DNA of 63,386 nt, filler included, from Octopus bimaculoides (lineage: Eukaryota), in NCBI RefSeq assembly GCF_001194135.2. It is 4 parts of 3 records of this genome, joined end to end, with 100 filler letters (N's around TTAATTAATTAA, not from the genome) between each part and the next. Parts side by side here need not be neighbours in the genome. Positions count along the whole stretch, not along the records: positions 1 to 27,963 come from NC_068992.1; positions 28,064 to 43,168 come from NC_068989.1; 2 more parts are not named here. One strand, written 5' to 3'. The translations under genes were made by a program, and so were the position numbers. Below the pieces are notes generated by a model. That model saw only the letters and a program-made list of their open reading frames with translations. It was not told the DNA's origin and ran no database searches. This document shows positions 26,190 through 40,330 of the stretch, one piece after another (within the stretch, counting starts at the first letter, position 1; each line of letters opens with the position of its first letter).

Positions 26190-26290
26190 TGCATAATTTC
26201 ATCGTCAGGGAGCCATATTACAAATGCAAGACTTGCGCTGAATGCTAAGGTTGCATTTGTAATATGGTTCCCTGACGATGAAATTATGTG
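26190..26290. mobile_element. 101-bp MITE-like foldback element with TA flanks
   Basis: Arms 26192-26229 and 26251-26288 are reverse complements (37/38 identical, one G.T), with a 21-nt spacer and TA at 26188-89 and 26291-92. Confidence 0.7.
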
Positions 26291-27564
26291 TATATACCAG
26301 CATCTGTTACTTCTTTGGAGTAAAGTGCATATAATTTTTGAAACATATAAAATTTTATGTGAAACAAGGCTAGCACAAAATCTTACAGACCCTCTTTAAC
26401 GTATTGGCATACTTCAGACACAATCCAAGGGAAGATAATCAGTAAAATATGACAGGCTCAATATTTTGCGAGTACCATGATCTCAAGCGCATGTAAAAGA
26501 TCCCCCAAATTTTCATTGCTATACCCTGAATTAATCGTATGCATATGATTATAATTTCGCGTCAGAATTTTTTTTTTCCTGGGGTTCTTTTTCGTCACTG
26601 AATTTTCTTAGAGCGGGCTGCTTATTCTCATGTTGGTTTTTAGATATGACCGGATACGAAATGCATTGTTGGAACACACATGATGCCGCGAGTTCAGTAA
26701 TTTTCTTCTGCAATATTCTGAAGTTAATATTGTTTGAAAGGAATTTTCTGGATACGTAAAAAATCCCATTGCATATAAATACACACACACAAAAGCACAC
26801 GCGTTCGCATACACAAACACACACATTCACACACAGCAAACGCATACACACGCATACCAAACACACATATACAGTTTCCTACGCTCACACAGACACGAAC
26901 TCACTCACACATATGTGTGTTTGCATACATATATGTTTGTGTGTATGCGCGTGTAAGTCTGGATGTGTGTGTGTGTGTGTGTGAGTGTGTATGTTTGTAC
27001 GTAAACGTCTGGCAGTATATGTATAGTTTACAATTATGTGTCTCCATCTTTATATTTGGAAAACTGCTTTCCGTTTCGTTATCAAAGGCGCGTGCTGTTG
27101 GTTATATTTGGGTTTGCAAAAGCCTGACAAGATACATTACTTGGATATATGTAACCGATAATGTAAAACTGCTTATAAAATATGAATGGTGTTACGCGTA
27201 GGTCAAAGCAAGAGATGGGATTTACAATATTTCAAATTTAGATATAATCAGAGAATTAAGGATTGTTTGGAGACATAAAAAGACAGTATCACAACATCGA
27301 GCCAAGCAGCTGTAGGTAGTCAATCATATTCTTTTCATACAGAGCAGCCGCTTATCTATTCTTGCAGTACTGACATTTATTAGAATATATTGGCTGCATG
27401 GAATCAATTGAATGTTCGCTTCACATTATATTACATTACATATAATGTAGACATTTGTCCGCTGATATAAACAACACAGGCAAAGCAGAAATGCATACGC
27501 GCTCATGACAAAAACAAAACAGGAACAAACAACAATAGATACTCGGACATATACATATATACAT

Positions 27565-27639
<75 letters not shown>

Positions 27640-27912
27640 CTTAAGTATGTATGTACGTATGTATGTACGTATGTATGTATGTATGTATGTATGTATGTAT
27701 GTATGCGACGGTATGTGTGATTGTCTGTGTGGTTGTCTGTGTTTGTATATATACATACATATATATACGTAACTACATTCATACTTACATTCATAATATG
27801 GTTATAAAAAATATACATATCTCTATCTCTCTTTCTGTTTACATTGATAAATAGATATTTATGCGTTTGTATATATACACATATGGACATATATACACCC
27901 ACGTATATACGT

Positions 27913-27963
<51 letters not shown>

Positions 27964-28007
27964 NNNNNNNNNNNNNNNNNNNNNNNNNNNNNNNNNNNNN
28001 NNNNNNN

Positions 28008-28019
28008 TTAATTAATTAA
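28008..28019. other. Assembly linker TTAATTAATTAA inside a 100-bp gap (artefact)
   Basis: 44 N + TTAATTAATTAA + 44 N; the 12-mer has stop codons in all six frames. Confidence 0.9.
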
Positions 28020-28063
28020 NNNNNNNNNNNNNNNNNNNNNNNNNNNNNNNNNNNNNNNNNNNN

Positions 28064-28112
<49 letters not shown>

Positions 28113-29205
28113 ACAACAAATACTAATGGTGTGAATTTTTTAAAACTCTTTTAGGGACAAACAGTTTTCACAATGAATTCCAATTTAATAGGAATTTACT
28201 TGATCTGAAGCATATTTGTAGAAAATAAATATTTAATTTTCTCAAGGTTATGAAGAAACAAATCTTTGGGGCACAATTGTGTTGAAATGCCGAAATATTT
28301 ATATATATACAAGAATGTATATAAAACTAGCTCTGTAAAAATGTATGAGTGTGTGTATATATTTGTATGTATTATATTTGTATGCATTTATACATGTATA
28401 TGCATAAGTTTCAGAAGATATTAGAATAATGGAATAAAAATCAGTCATTAAAAGAGATCTCCCAAAAATCTATTTCCTTAATTTGCGCAATTTTGATTTT
28501 GAAGTATTTAAAAAATTATTTGGAAATTATAAAGAGAAACGAATGGTATATTCGGATTGTCCGTATTTTAAAACCACGAATTAAAAAAAAAAATTGTGAT
28601 GTGTCAAATTTTTATTCCAGAAGTTCATGGCTTCATAGGAATAAGCGTTGAAAACTGCATTAAGATAAAGAATTTTCAGATTTCAGGGTGGGGTGGAAAT
28701 TGTGACTCGAAGGGCCAAAAGGGGGCCTTTGGCCTAAGTAGGTTGAAAACCTTTGTTCTATAGTATGGTAACAACTTACATCTAAAGAACTGTTCAGGCT
28801 CAAACAATAATGAAGAAATCTCTTATAAACGTTNNNNNNNNNNNNNNNNNNNNNNNNNNNNNNNNNNNNNNNNNNNNNNNNNNNNNNNNNNNNNNNNNNN
28901 NNNNNNNNNNNNNNNNNNNNNNNNNNNNNNNNNNNNNNNNNNNNNNNNNNNNNNNNNNNNNNNNNNNNNNNNNNNNNNNNNNNNNNNNNNNNNNNNNNNN
29001 NNNNNNNNNNNNNNNNNNNNNNNNNNNNNNNNNNNNNNNNNNNNNNNNNNNNNNNNNNNNNNNNNNNNNNNNNNNNNNNNNNNNNNNNNNNNNNNNNNNN
29101 NNNNNNNNNNNNNNNNNNNNNNNNNNNNNNNNNNNNNNNNNNNNNNNNNNNNNNNNNNNNNNNNNNNNNNNNNNNNNNNNNNNNNNNNNNNNNNNNNNNN
29201 NNNNN

Positions 29206-29252
<47 letters not shown>

Positions 29253-29256
<4 letters not shown>

Positions 29257-29455
29257 ATCCCCCTCCACCATTTGACGACTGGTGTTGGTTTGTTTACGTC
29301 CCCGTAACTTATCGGTTCGGCAAAAGACACCGATAGAATGAGTACCAGGCTTTAAAATATAAGTACTGTGGTCAATTCAATCGACTAAAATTTTTTCAAG
29401 GTGGTACCCCAGCATGGTCACAATCTAATGACTGAACCCTATAAAAGATAAACGA
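29253..29455 (+). mobile_element. SINE family A, 3' half (5' part lost in gap)
   Basis: (TG)n then ggtgttggtttgtttacgtccccgtaactta.cggttcggcaaaaga.accgatagaat.agtacc...ccagcatgg...atgactgaa. Confidence 0.85.
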
Positions 29456-30306
29456 TACAAAAACATGTAACATATATATATATATATTGATTTTCGCTTC
29501 GATTGATTTTTCTTTTGAATTTTTTGTTGTTCCTTTGACTAAGTTGCAACATCACTTGAAAATCTATGCGAGCTGTGAAGAAAAACCAATTATTCCTTAT
29601 ATAAACCTATATAAAATTATAATTGTAATATGGAAATATAAGTTGATGCTTAATTTTCTGTCTTGTTGTTTAGCCTCAAGTCGGGCGTAAGCCAGCAGTA
29701 TTCCAGCCATATCTATTCCACCTATTTGTCGGCCAATGGGTTTTACATAGGGAAAATAAACGGTGAAACAAAGCTCACATAGAGCTCCTCTATTTTCTAT
29801 GTAGTCTTATGTAATATAATGAGTAGGTTGAGCAGCCTGTAACTTTTTACAGGTTCCTAGTTAGGTGAGATCAATCATGTAGCAGCCTAAATTGAAGTTA
29901 CAAATCGAGTGTGTAAGGAATACGTGGGTATTCCTTGCGCAGATCAAGAAAACAGATCAAGAGAGGAAGAAATTTGCTTAAAGTGTAAGCATGGAGTCGA
30001 GATGACATGTAACAGAGATGATGAAATGAGAATATTGAGCTGTTAAGTCCTGGATTAAAGATATTCCAGCCCTGACCGTCCCACCTATTTAGGTGTATGT
30101 ATACCTATATATTACATGAGTCCTGCCATTTTTAAGACATCAAGATGTGTTTGAGGGACATCTAAGAGGCCTCATACAGGCTCTTTCATCTAGGCGGAGC
30201 CCGACATAGCCATATGTAAGGCACAAAGTAAGGACACCTCGGAGTAGTGGTAATTGTTCCTGTTTTTTACACCACCGAGTTCAAATCTCCCTGAGGTCAA
30301 CTTCCC

Positions 30307-31137
<831 letters not shown>

Positions 31138-32947
31138 GTGCTTTATTTTACTGATCCCAAATTAATCAAAGGTAAAGGTGAACCGGCAGGGTCTCGTATC
31201 AGAACGAGCATTCACGCTATTTAAATAGCACAAGTCATTTAATCCGGCACTGTTACTTCTGCTAGAGTAACGTTTTACTTTTTCAAAAATATTGTGGGTT
31301 TTATTGTTTGTAATATCTATAAGATGTATATCCTTTTACAAAATGATATACTATTTCCAGCGTTATCGATTGAAGCAGTTAAATACGCGTTATATTCGTG
31401 TCATGTACAAGCATTTACAATTTGTGATATTCATAAGCATCTATAAATGTTGACCAGAGCTGACAGCAGCTTAGCTGAACATATTACATGATTCAATCAT
31501 TGTTATCATTGATACAATGTATTTGCTCCTGGCTTAATTTCTAACATCCATAACTATTTAAAATCGGAATGTCAAACACATTCTTTGATGGAATTTAGTG
31601 TTATTAACAGGAGGAAGATAAAAAGGGAGATAGAAAGAGAGGGCAAGTAAAATCTGGGGAAGAATAAATAAAATAATCTCTCTTCTTAGAAATGCATTTG
31701 TGTAAGATAAAACAATAATTGCTGATCAATCACAACAGTGATATTTGACACCAGAGGAAAGAAGAAATTCATTTTAACTATGTAGTCTGTCTCTGTAATC
31801 CCCGAGCTATTTATAGTATTATAGACGAAATAATGTGATAAATTAGATATTTTTTCCGCATAATGTGAATAATACATATAATGATAGAACCCGATTTTTA
31901 TAAAGTCAAATCCTATCCAATACGTTCACAAAAGTCGGAGTTTGCCTCAGAGGAGAAATATATTCACAGGTAACTGTTGGTTTGCCTCAATTATTGTTAA
32001 GATATCAACATATGCATTAAATTTCATAATGGGGCTAATCTCTTATCATAATTGAATAAATTATATTATCGACTTAACTCAATATAAAAATAACCTAAAT
32101 TTGATTCTTTTTAATGGTTTACTCAAAGGAGAAAAGCACCGTTCGTGACCCCTGTCCAGGAACTCCGAGACTAGTGAAAGGAAAGGAGAACTTTTATACC
32201 TTGCCCGAATGCCTCGCTATTACAGAGATTCAGCAAGAATAAACTGGCTGGATAAGAATAAATTGAGAATTGATAAGGAATGAAAAATAAAAGAATTCGA
32301 AATTAATTGAGGAATAGATGTAAATAATTAGGTTTCATCTAATCAAGAGTGTTTAATGACCACTCGAGAAGTTGTAAAGAAATGCCATACAGTTGACTGT
32401 CCTAACAAATTGAGGGTATTGATTGTGTGGTATGTATTTCTTTTAAAGTTTCCAGAACGTTTTACAGTTGATTGAAAATTAGTCAGTTCAAAGATGAACT
32501 TCTAACTTATAGCAATACTTGTTAACATCTCAGCCGAGGTAACCTGGAAGCATTAAAGATTTTTGGTCATGACTGCTGCAAAATTCTTTGGATTCAATAC
32601 ACACTGAAAGAGTAGCACGATTGTTTTGGTTTAACCGTCAAAAGTTATCATTTACTCTGTCTCCATTCAGACAAAAAGCAGCTGAGAGTCAGTAGACAGC
32701 GAATGGAATAAGTAGAAAGTCAGCAGAACATCAATCGAGGAAACATGCATTAAATATACATTAAATCAAATAAGAATAATTAAAAAGTCAGCATATAATC
32801 AGTTTATAGACAGTATGAGTATATGTGGGCAGCATTGTTTCATGGGAGACAATAAAAAATCATTTGGGAGCATGTAAGATAAATATATCAAATTATAAAT
32901 GCATGTATTTATATATCTTTTATCTTTTATCTTTTACCTTTTACTTA

Positions 32948-33327
32948 TATCTGTGATTGAACTACAGCCATGCTGGAGCACCGACCTGAAAGGGTCCTTG
33001 GCGAATGAATCGACTTCGGGACTTAGTTTTTAAAACCTAGTACTTTTTATCAGTCTCTTTTATTGAATAACTATGTTACGAGGACTTAAACAAACCGACA
33101 CCGGTTGTCAAACGGTGGTGCGAAATAAATACACTCGCGCGCATCCACGCTCACGCACATACACACATATATAACGAGCTTCTTTCAGTTTCCGTTTACC
33201 TAATACACTCACAAGGTTTTGATCGACAAGGGGCAGTAGTAGAAGACAGTTGCCCAGGGTTCCATGCAGTGAGACGGAACCCAGAACCATGTGATTGGGA
33301 AGCAAAGCTCTTCGTCCTGCGCCTATA
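32948..33327 (-). mobile_element. SINE family A, diverged full-length copy (a second partial copy follows at about 33350-33520)
   Basis: ccatgctggagcaccg...gacttaaacaaaccgacaccggttgtcaa...gttgcccagggttccatgcagtgagacggaaccc...cctgcgcctata. Confidence 0.8.
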
Positions 33328-33695
33328 TATATCTTTTATGTTTTATCTTTTATTTATTTCAATCATTGAACTGCAGCCATTGGGGGGGGGAGCACCTCCT
33401 TACAGGTTTTAATCCAACAAATCACCATCATTGCTTATGATTCTTCTAAGTCTGGTACTTATTGCATCTTTTACCGAAGAGATAAATAAAGCAACACCAG
33501 TTATCAAGCGGTGGATGAGGGTGATAGGTGAAGACGCAATATACATATGAACGGCGTGTGGCAGTAACAATTAGACACAACGACACGTATACTTAGATAT
33601 ATACACAGACATAAGAGAAGTAAATAGACATTAAAATTTATTTAGATCTAAAATTCTACATTCAAATTATTTATTAATTGTTATAATGTGTATAT

Positions 33696-34077
33696 TTAAT
33701 ATTTAGTAGACATGCCCGCTGCATTTTTCAATGCAAGGAACCTATTAGGCATGTTACTGATCAGATGACGAATATTCGCTTCCGAAATTTCTTGCCAAGT
33801 TTCATGCAGTAATCTCAAAAGATTTTACTTTGAAGGTGCGTTTTTGTTGTTTTTATGAAGTGCGCTGTCCATTATGTCCCAGAGGTGTTCAATAGGGTGA
33901 CTTGCTTGGCCATGAAAGCTTTTTAATGCCATTCTCATCCAACAAATTTTGGGTCATTTTAGCTGCTTGACAATAAATAGTCTTCTTTAATAATTTCACC
34001 ACTGGAGAAGATAGGAAGGAGTCCTTTCTGTAATATGACACATGTTTATCTGAGTTTATGTTTCCCTCACACTCCAC
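33696..34077 (-). mobile_element. Tc1-like (DD34E) transposase C-terminal relic
   Basis: Minus-strand EGNINSDK...AAKMTQNLLDENGIKKLSWPSKSPY*TP, then TWQEISEANIRHLISNMPNRFLALKNAAGMSTKY* with the stop at 33696. Confidence 0.8.
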
Positions 34078-34099
34078 GAGCTCCGATCAACCATTGCTC

Positions 34100-36587
34100 C
34101 AAATTGGTCCCCCTGACCATCACAGAATAACTGCCGTGTTTCATTGTTGGCTGCAATCTTTTCCCATCACATTATTGTGACATCTATGACATTTGTAATG
34201 TCTAGTCCTTTCATGGTTCGGACCGCCGGACGGACCACAGCTTGGTGCAAGCCAAGTTCCGGGTGATGATCAGAATGAAAGAAAGAACAGGGCCAGTGGG
34301 CATTCCTGAGTGTCTGAATGTCCATAAGATATATGATGCTGCGGTGAGTGAAGAGCTTCAGAATCGTTTATCCAGCATTGAAAATACTACAGCGTTAGAA
34401 GACTTTCGAGACCAGGTTTTTCAATGTGCTGCTGAAACATTGGGATATGCTACTGCCTGACACAGACTGGTTTGATGAAAATGGTGCCGTAAAGCGCCAT
34501 ATCCACAGTGTATTACTGCACAGAGAACTTTCAGTTGTGCAGCGAAATCTATCACTTGCCCACTACGGTAGTGTAAAATCACTACTACATGCGATCTCTC
34601 AAGGAGATGCAGAATACCTGGTGGGAGAATCTTGCTCGTGATGTTCAGACTGTTGCTGGTGCAAATGACAGCAAGTAGTTTTACCATCTTTTGAAGCAAG
34701 TTTATGGAACTAAAAGCTCTGCATCAGCTCCTTTGCTTTCCAAGGAGCTTTCTACTCTTTTTACTAAATCAACAGAGATCACAGGTCACTGGACTGAACA
34801 TTTTTCTGAACTCCTATATCGCGAGTCAGTTGTGGGCGAAGCAGTGATTGACACTATGCAACAGAGACCTGTCATTAGCTTCATAAATTCCACACCCTCA
34901 ATAGATGAGGTAATGACAGCAATAAGTAAATTGAATTTTTATAAGGCACACGGTAAGGATGGTATTTGTATTGAGGTCTTGCGATTTGGTGGTGATTATA
35001 TCATATAGTCCCTTCATGAACTTAGTAGTGTAATCTCGAGGGATAGTGCAATACCTAAGGACATAAAGGATGCAACTAGTCTTCCTCTCTGGCAAGGTTC
35101 TAACAAGTATTCTTCTTATCCGCCTGCATAGGTATCTTGTAAATGATGTTCCCTCTGAATCTCAATGTGATTTCCGATCTGGAAGAGGAACGATGGATAT
35201 GATTTTCTCAACGAGACAGATGCAGAAGTGCTATGAGCAGAATATGGATCTTATCCAGACATTCATTAATTTAACGAAGGCCTCTGATATTGTGAATAGA
35301 GCCTTCCTATAGAAAATACCTGACAAACCTGGATACCCAGATCACTTTGTATCAATAACCAAATCATTTCATGACGGGATGGAGGCTTGGGTCAATGTTG
35401 GTGGTGGCATGGTGGGATCCATTCCTGTAGAGAACAGTGTCAAGCAGGGTGACATCCATGCTCCAACTCTCTTTTCTCTGTACTTTGCTGCTACTCTTAC
35501 TCATGTGGACATATATTTTAGGCATCGATCTTCTGTCCATCTTTTTAACCTGCGTCGATTTTCTGTCAATTCAAAAGTTTTCTAGTCCTTTATTCGTGAC
35601 CTCCTTTATGCAGATGACTGTGACTTAGTCACGCATACAGCGGATGATATGCAGATACTTGTGAATCCTATTTCTGCTTCTTGCAAGGCATTTGGACTCA
35701 GCATTAGCCTGGAGAAGACTGCTGTAATGTTCTAGCCTGCACAAGGAAACCCATATGTGGAACCAGCTATCAATACTGAAAGTGGTAGACAAACTTGTCT
35801 ACCATTTTCAGTATTGTTCCCACTCAGCCGTTCTTGCTCCCTGGATGATGAAATATTTTTCAGGCTGCAGAGAGCAAATTGATTCCTTCAGGTGTTTTGA
35901 GTCTCGCGACAGGTCCCAACATGGCATCACAAGGCGAACAAAAATTGTTGTGTACCGTGCATGTGTACTGATATTGCTCTTTTACTCATGTGAAACATAG
36001 ACCCTTTACAAACATCCTTAAAGGTCCTTGAACGCTTTCATGAGAGATGTCTGCGACACATTCTGAATGTTGGCTGGACTTTAAAAATTCTAGTTACATA
36101 GGTCCTGAGGAAAGCCGATATCCTGAGTATTGAGGTGATGGTGCATAAATGCCGGTAACGCTGGGCTGGACACCTTGTTTAATGAATGACAGCAGGGTCC
36201 CTAAACTTGTTAGTGGGAAGCAACCACAGCAGAAGCCAAGACTGCAATTTAAGTACTGTGTAAAGCCCTCATTAAAGGCTTGTGAAATGCGGAAGGAGAG
36301 CAATGCATGTCATCGCCACGGATGGTGGAAACAGGTAAGAGAGTCGATACCTTTGAAAGAGCACGTATGAAGAATTTAAGCGTGCTTCTCGAAAACGCAT
36401 TGCTGGCGTAATGAATGGGGAAAGTTTGGTCTGTAATGTTTGTAGTCGTGTATGTTTGTCAAGAACAGGGCTCGTTAGTCACCAAAGAAGCCACAAGTAT
36501 AGAGTATGAGGTAGTCTTGAGCGCACAATGTTTCTAAAGCCCAGTGATGGTTTTCTTCGGTCACGTGTGGATGGCCATCATCATCAT
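34100..36587 (+). mobile_element. Decayed RTE-clade LINE (end of endonuclease, RT, C-terminal C2H2 finger, 3' tail)
   Basis: TDHSLVQAK; DWFDEN; KAHGKDGICIEVL; SESQCDFRSGRGTMDMIFSTRQMQ; VKQGDIHAPTLF; LYADDC (35604-35621); CNVCSRVCLSRTGLVSHQRSH; ends in (CAT)4. Multiple stops and frameshifts. Confidence 0.92.
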
Positions 36588-37624
36588 GTATGTATGCATG
36601 TATGTATGTATGTACGTACGTATGTACGTACGTATGTACGTATGTATGTATTTATGTATATATGTACGTATATCTGTCTGTATGTATGTAGATTTATATG
36701 TATTCATATATCGGTAGAGACGCACGGATATAGGTACATATATGGGTGTGTAGGAAATTCTGATGTCAGAATAGCTTACAGATAGGTTTTTTGAAATCGT
36801 TTATAAAATGTAATCCTTGTAGTTGGTTTAAATATTTTATATCTAACAAATCCTTCTGAACACCCAGTTCTTCCATCATTCCTCATTCACACTTCCTATC
36901 CCCAATTGGTCAAATAATATAGCTTCCCCGTGATGATATTCATCCTATTGCAAGATTAGCTTCTTCTCGGCAGTTATCAATTAGTTGTTATATATTTCAC
37001 GATAGGTTGTTGTCTTATTCCTACGTTTAGATACGGCACATCTAAAATATTTTTGTATGAGAAAATATATCAAAAGGAGCGCCAAAGATTAGTTTCTGAA
37101 AATTTTACGGAGATTAGTATTGATATGCAGAAGGATAAAAATTATAGATATAGAATTTCTTTGCTTTGTTAAACCTTCTCTTTTAGTACTTGCATATTCA
37201 GCATATTTTCACATTACATCAACCAAAGTATTCTAAAATCTTCAATTCAAAGAAATACAGTTTAGGTTTCAGTAAAAGAAGATATAACATTTTAAGAAAA
37301 TTTCTTTTTGAAGAAACTCTTCTGTTAGGTATCCATTTATTTGGCTATGTGTAGTTGCAACACAACAGTTCTGTGAGATTTTCTATCTCATTTTACCCGT
37401 GTTTGCCAGTTCACCATTAGCACGTCGAAGCTTAGTTAATAGATATTTGACATGTTGATTCAAATTAAAACCCTCGAACATCAACGCTTCATGATATTTA
37501 GTATATTTGTTATGACAGAACACATTTTCAGAAAATTTCAGCTTATTGTGTCAGAAAATGTCTTTTCTTCTATTTAAAATAAAATATATTCATATTTGTT
37601 TAGATTAGAGGATGTTTTCCCAAT

Positions 37625-37840
37625 ATTGCTTTCAAATTTTGGCGCAAACCCAGCAAGTTCGGGGAAGGAGTAAGTCGATTACATCGCCCCCAGTGCTCAA
37701 CCGGTACTTATTTTATCGACCCCAAAAGGATGAAAGGTAAAGTCAATCTCGGGAAATTTGGACTCAGAACATAAAAACAGATGAAATGATGCTAAGCATT
37801 TTGCCCAGCGAACTAACGAGTCTGCTGGCTCGCCGCCTTA
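37625..37840 (-). mobile_element. SINE family B, full-length
   Basis: tttcaaattttggc...gtcgattacatcgcccccagtgctcaaccggtacttattttatcgaccc.aaaggatgaaagg...gactcagaac...gctcgccgcctta. Confidence 0.9.
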
Positions 37841-38489
37841 TGTTTTCCCAAAATTAATTCCTTAAAATATAGATTAAGTTTAAGTGATATATTGTTCAGA
37901 AATAAGTTGGTGTCATTAACAAATTTGTGTAATATAGTGTTTTTGATAGCATTGATATGAGCTATTCGTGTATGCTAGAAATAAAACTAAGCCAGTAACA
38001 AGACCACTGAGTCAAACCAGACAGTGATACAACTTGTGAGAGTAGTGGAACGATGTCACGTATATGCTTGAAACATCACAAATATAGAGACTTCATTCAG
38101 CTACGATAATTTTGTAGCGAACAGTATTGAATGTCTTCTGTAGAATAATAAAGAGCCTACAAAAATATTGACTAGAGCCAAAGACATTGCGAATGCTTTC
38201 GTCATATCAATTACAAGTATACGCAGTTAAACTGGTGTGGGATAATACAGAAACCAGTTAGCATTCAATGCAGATACTGAGTTTTCAAGAAACACTTATA
38301 GAACGAGAATAATATACTTCCTAAGGGATCTTTTACATTACGCTTATGTATTTGTTTTGCAAGATTCTTGATGTGAGAGCGTGCGTTGAATCAAATATTG
38401 TATTTAGGGATAGTCATTTTACCAATAAACAGACGCGTTGTTTATTCAACTTTCACTTTAGTTTTGTTATTATCATTAGTTTATCAGGT

Positions 38490-40330
38490 AATTAAACCTC
38501 ACATCACCAACACAAGAAAAAATATTATAACGTTACAAGCACATGAGAAAAGAGAAAAAGATTCTCAATGTTCACATGATCATGTGATCAAATACCCTAG
38601 GACCAAAGAAACGCACGGCCAGCAATTTCCTAGCCGCGAATAATAACATCCCAACGCTGTATGGACTCTGCAAGGATCATAAAATAACCACTGATTCAAT
38701 AACAGAACAACCAAAACCTCCCTTTTATTGCTAGCAACTGCAAAGTCTCCTACTTCCTCTTCATATATCTATAATCAAGTTGTTCCCGAGTGCATGTGAC
38801 AGCACAGACGACCACAGCAGAATCAACGAATGCGACCTAACAGGCTGCGTAATACGCAGTATGGTTGTGGTGTCCCTACACTCATCCATCGACGTCGGTT
38901 TTACTGTGGAGATGATCAGCGATAGCGACATGGAGCTTCATGGTGTTCACAGAGGCTTCCTCCTTCGACTTACATATGGCGAGGTATACCTAAATAAACA
39001 CGATCATAGTTGTAGACTAAGATCCAATAGACTAATAAGAGATAAACCTCCTACTCTCACCTCAATAGCCAAGAAGACTCATATGAAGAGATGGAACGAG
39101 TGGACCAGAGCCATACGGACCCCCGAGAACTATGATCAAGCGAAAAAAATGGTTGCACATGTGGTCAGTGCGAATATCAAAATTACACAAAAGGGCTACA
39201 TGTTTAAGTTCAATAACAAACTATACGTCCAGTAAGAAAGGGCAGCCATCTGTGTCAGTATCACTGGTGACATGACCAACCTCTATATGGTATATGGGAT
39301 AGGAGATTCAAAGAATGCTTAATAGAGAGCTCGATAGCCCCAACCATGTACTTTCGCTATGTTGATGATATCAACATAGTAGGAAAAGCACCTCCACAAG
39401 ACAATACCTCTGAACCTGAACTAGAAGCTATAGCACCGTGGAGAACATCCAACAAATAACTAATTGCACCCACTAGAGTATTAAGGTAGCAATAGATTAC
39501 CGTAGTAAGAACTCCAACCACAGATTATCTGTTTTAGACGCTAAATTCTGGCCGGAAACTAGTAATAAGAAATTCTCAATTCGCACTATGCCCAAGCCAT
39601 AGACTCCAAATAACTGATCCACTGGGACGCAGCAAGTGCAGATAATATTAAGTTCAATACCGTAATAATAGACTTGATAAAGGTGGTAAGAAACGTGTCC
39701 TGCATGTGCGACCCAACGGAATTAGAGATACATATACAGCATTTCATCCATTGCATGCAGTTCTCAAGATACAACTGAAGAGACAGGATCAGCGTGTACA
39801 AAGGAGCCATGACAAAATTCAAGACCATCAAAGATAATGACGAAAATGGGATCTTCCCGCTGTAGAGGAGTAAATCATGGAATAGCACAAGAAGTACAAG
39901 AGAAAGATAGGTAAAGCCAACTCATGGTTTGGCAGCCAAAAATACCAGAGCGTCATGTTCGTCGGTGCTACCCCTGCAGGCAAACTAGCGTATCATTGTA
40001 GAAAAAACTGGGGTACACTGAACCTACTGATTAAAGTATTAGAAAGACCAAGAACTCACGCAAAAACTCTGTAGAACATATCCATTGGAAAGATCCCTCT
40101 ATACTAATAGGAACTGTATAGTGTGTAGTGTAAGCCCACAGATAAACTGCAAAACTAGGAATTTGGTTTATAGTATAAAGTATACAGATGGACAGTGCAG
40201 AAACATGGCAAAGATGGATATTGAAGAGGTAGTAATAACACCCCCACTCCACCCCACCCTGCAACCTGACGACTTAAGACAGAATAGAGAAAAAAGAGAC
40301 AGGGATTTAAACAGTGTAATATACAAGCCC
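38490..40330 (+). mobile_element. Decayed Penelope-like retroelement ORF (RT region, eroded toward GIY-YIG)
   Basis: NIPTLYGLCKDHK (38645), RSMVVVSLHSSID (cf. SxDVxxLY), FKFNNKLYVQ, YFRYVDDINI (39349), LDAKFW, SVMFVGATPAGKL, CKTRNLVYSI. Frameshifts and stops throughout. Confidence 0.85.

Noticed and set aside
26272-26284. CTGACGA followed by TGAAA (hammerhead core words)
   Set aside because: No stem II between the core segments and no stem I/III; it is part of the MITE arm.
28700-28760. hAT-MITE-like terminus (reverse of caaaggttttcaacct..ggcccc)
   Set aside because: Only one end is visible; no partner TIR or TSD, and it lies next to a gap.
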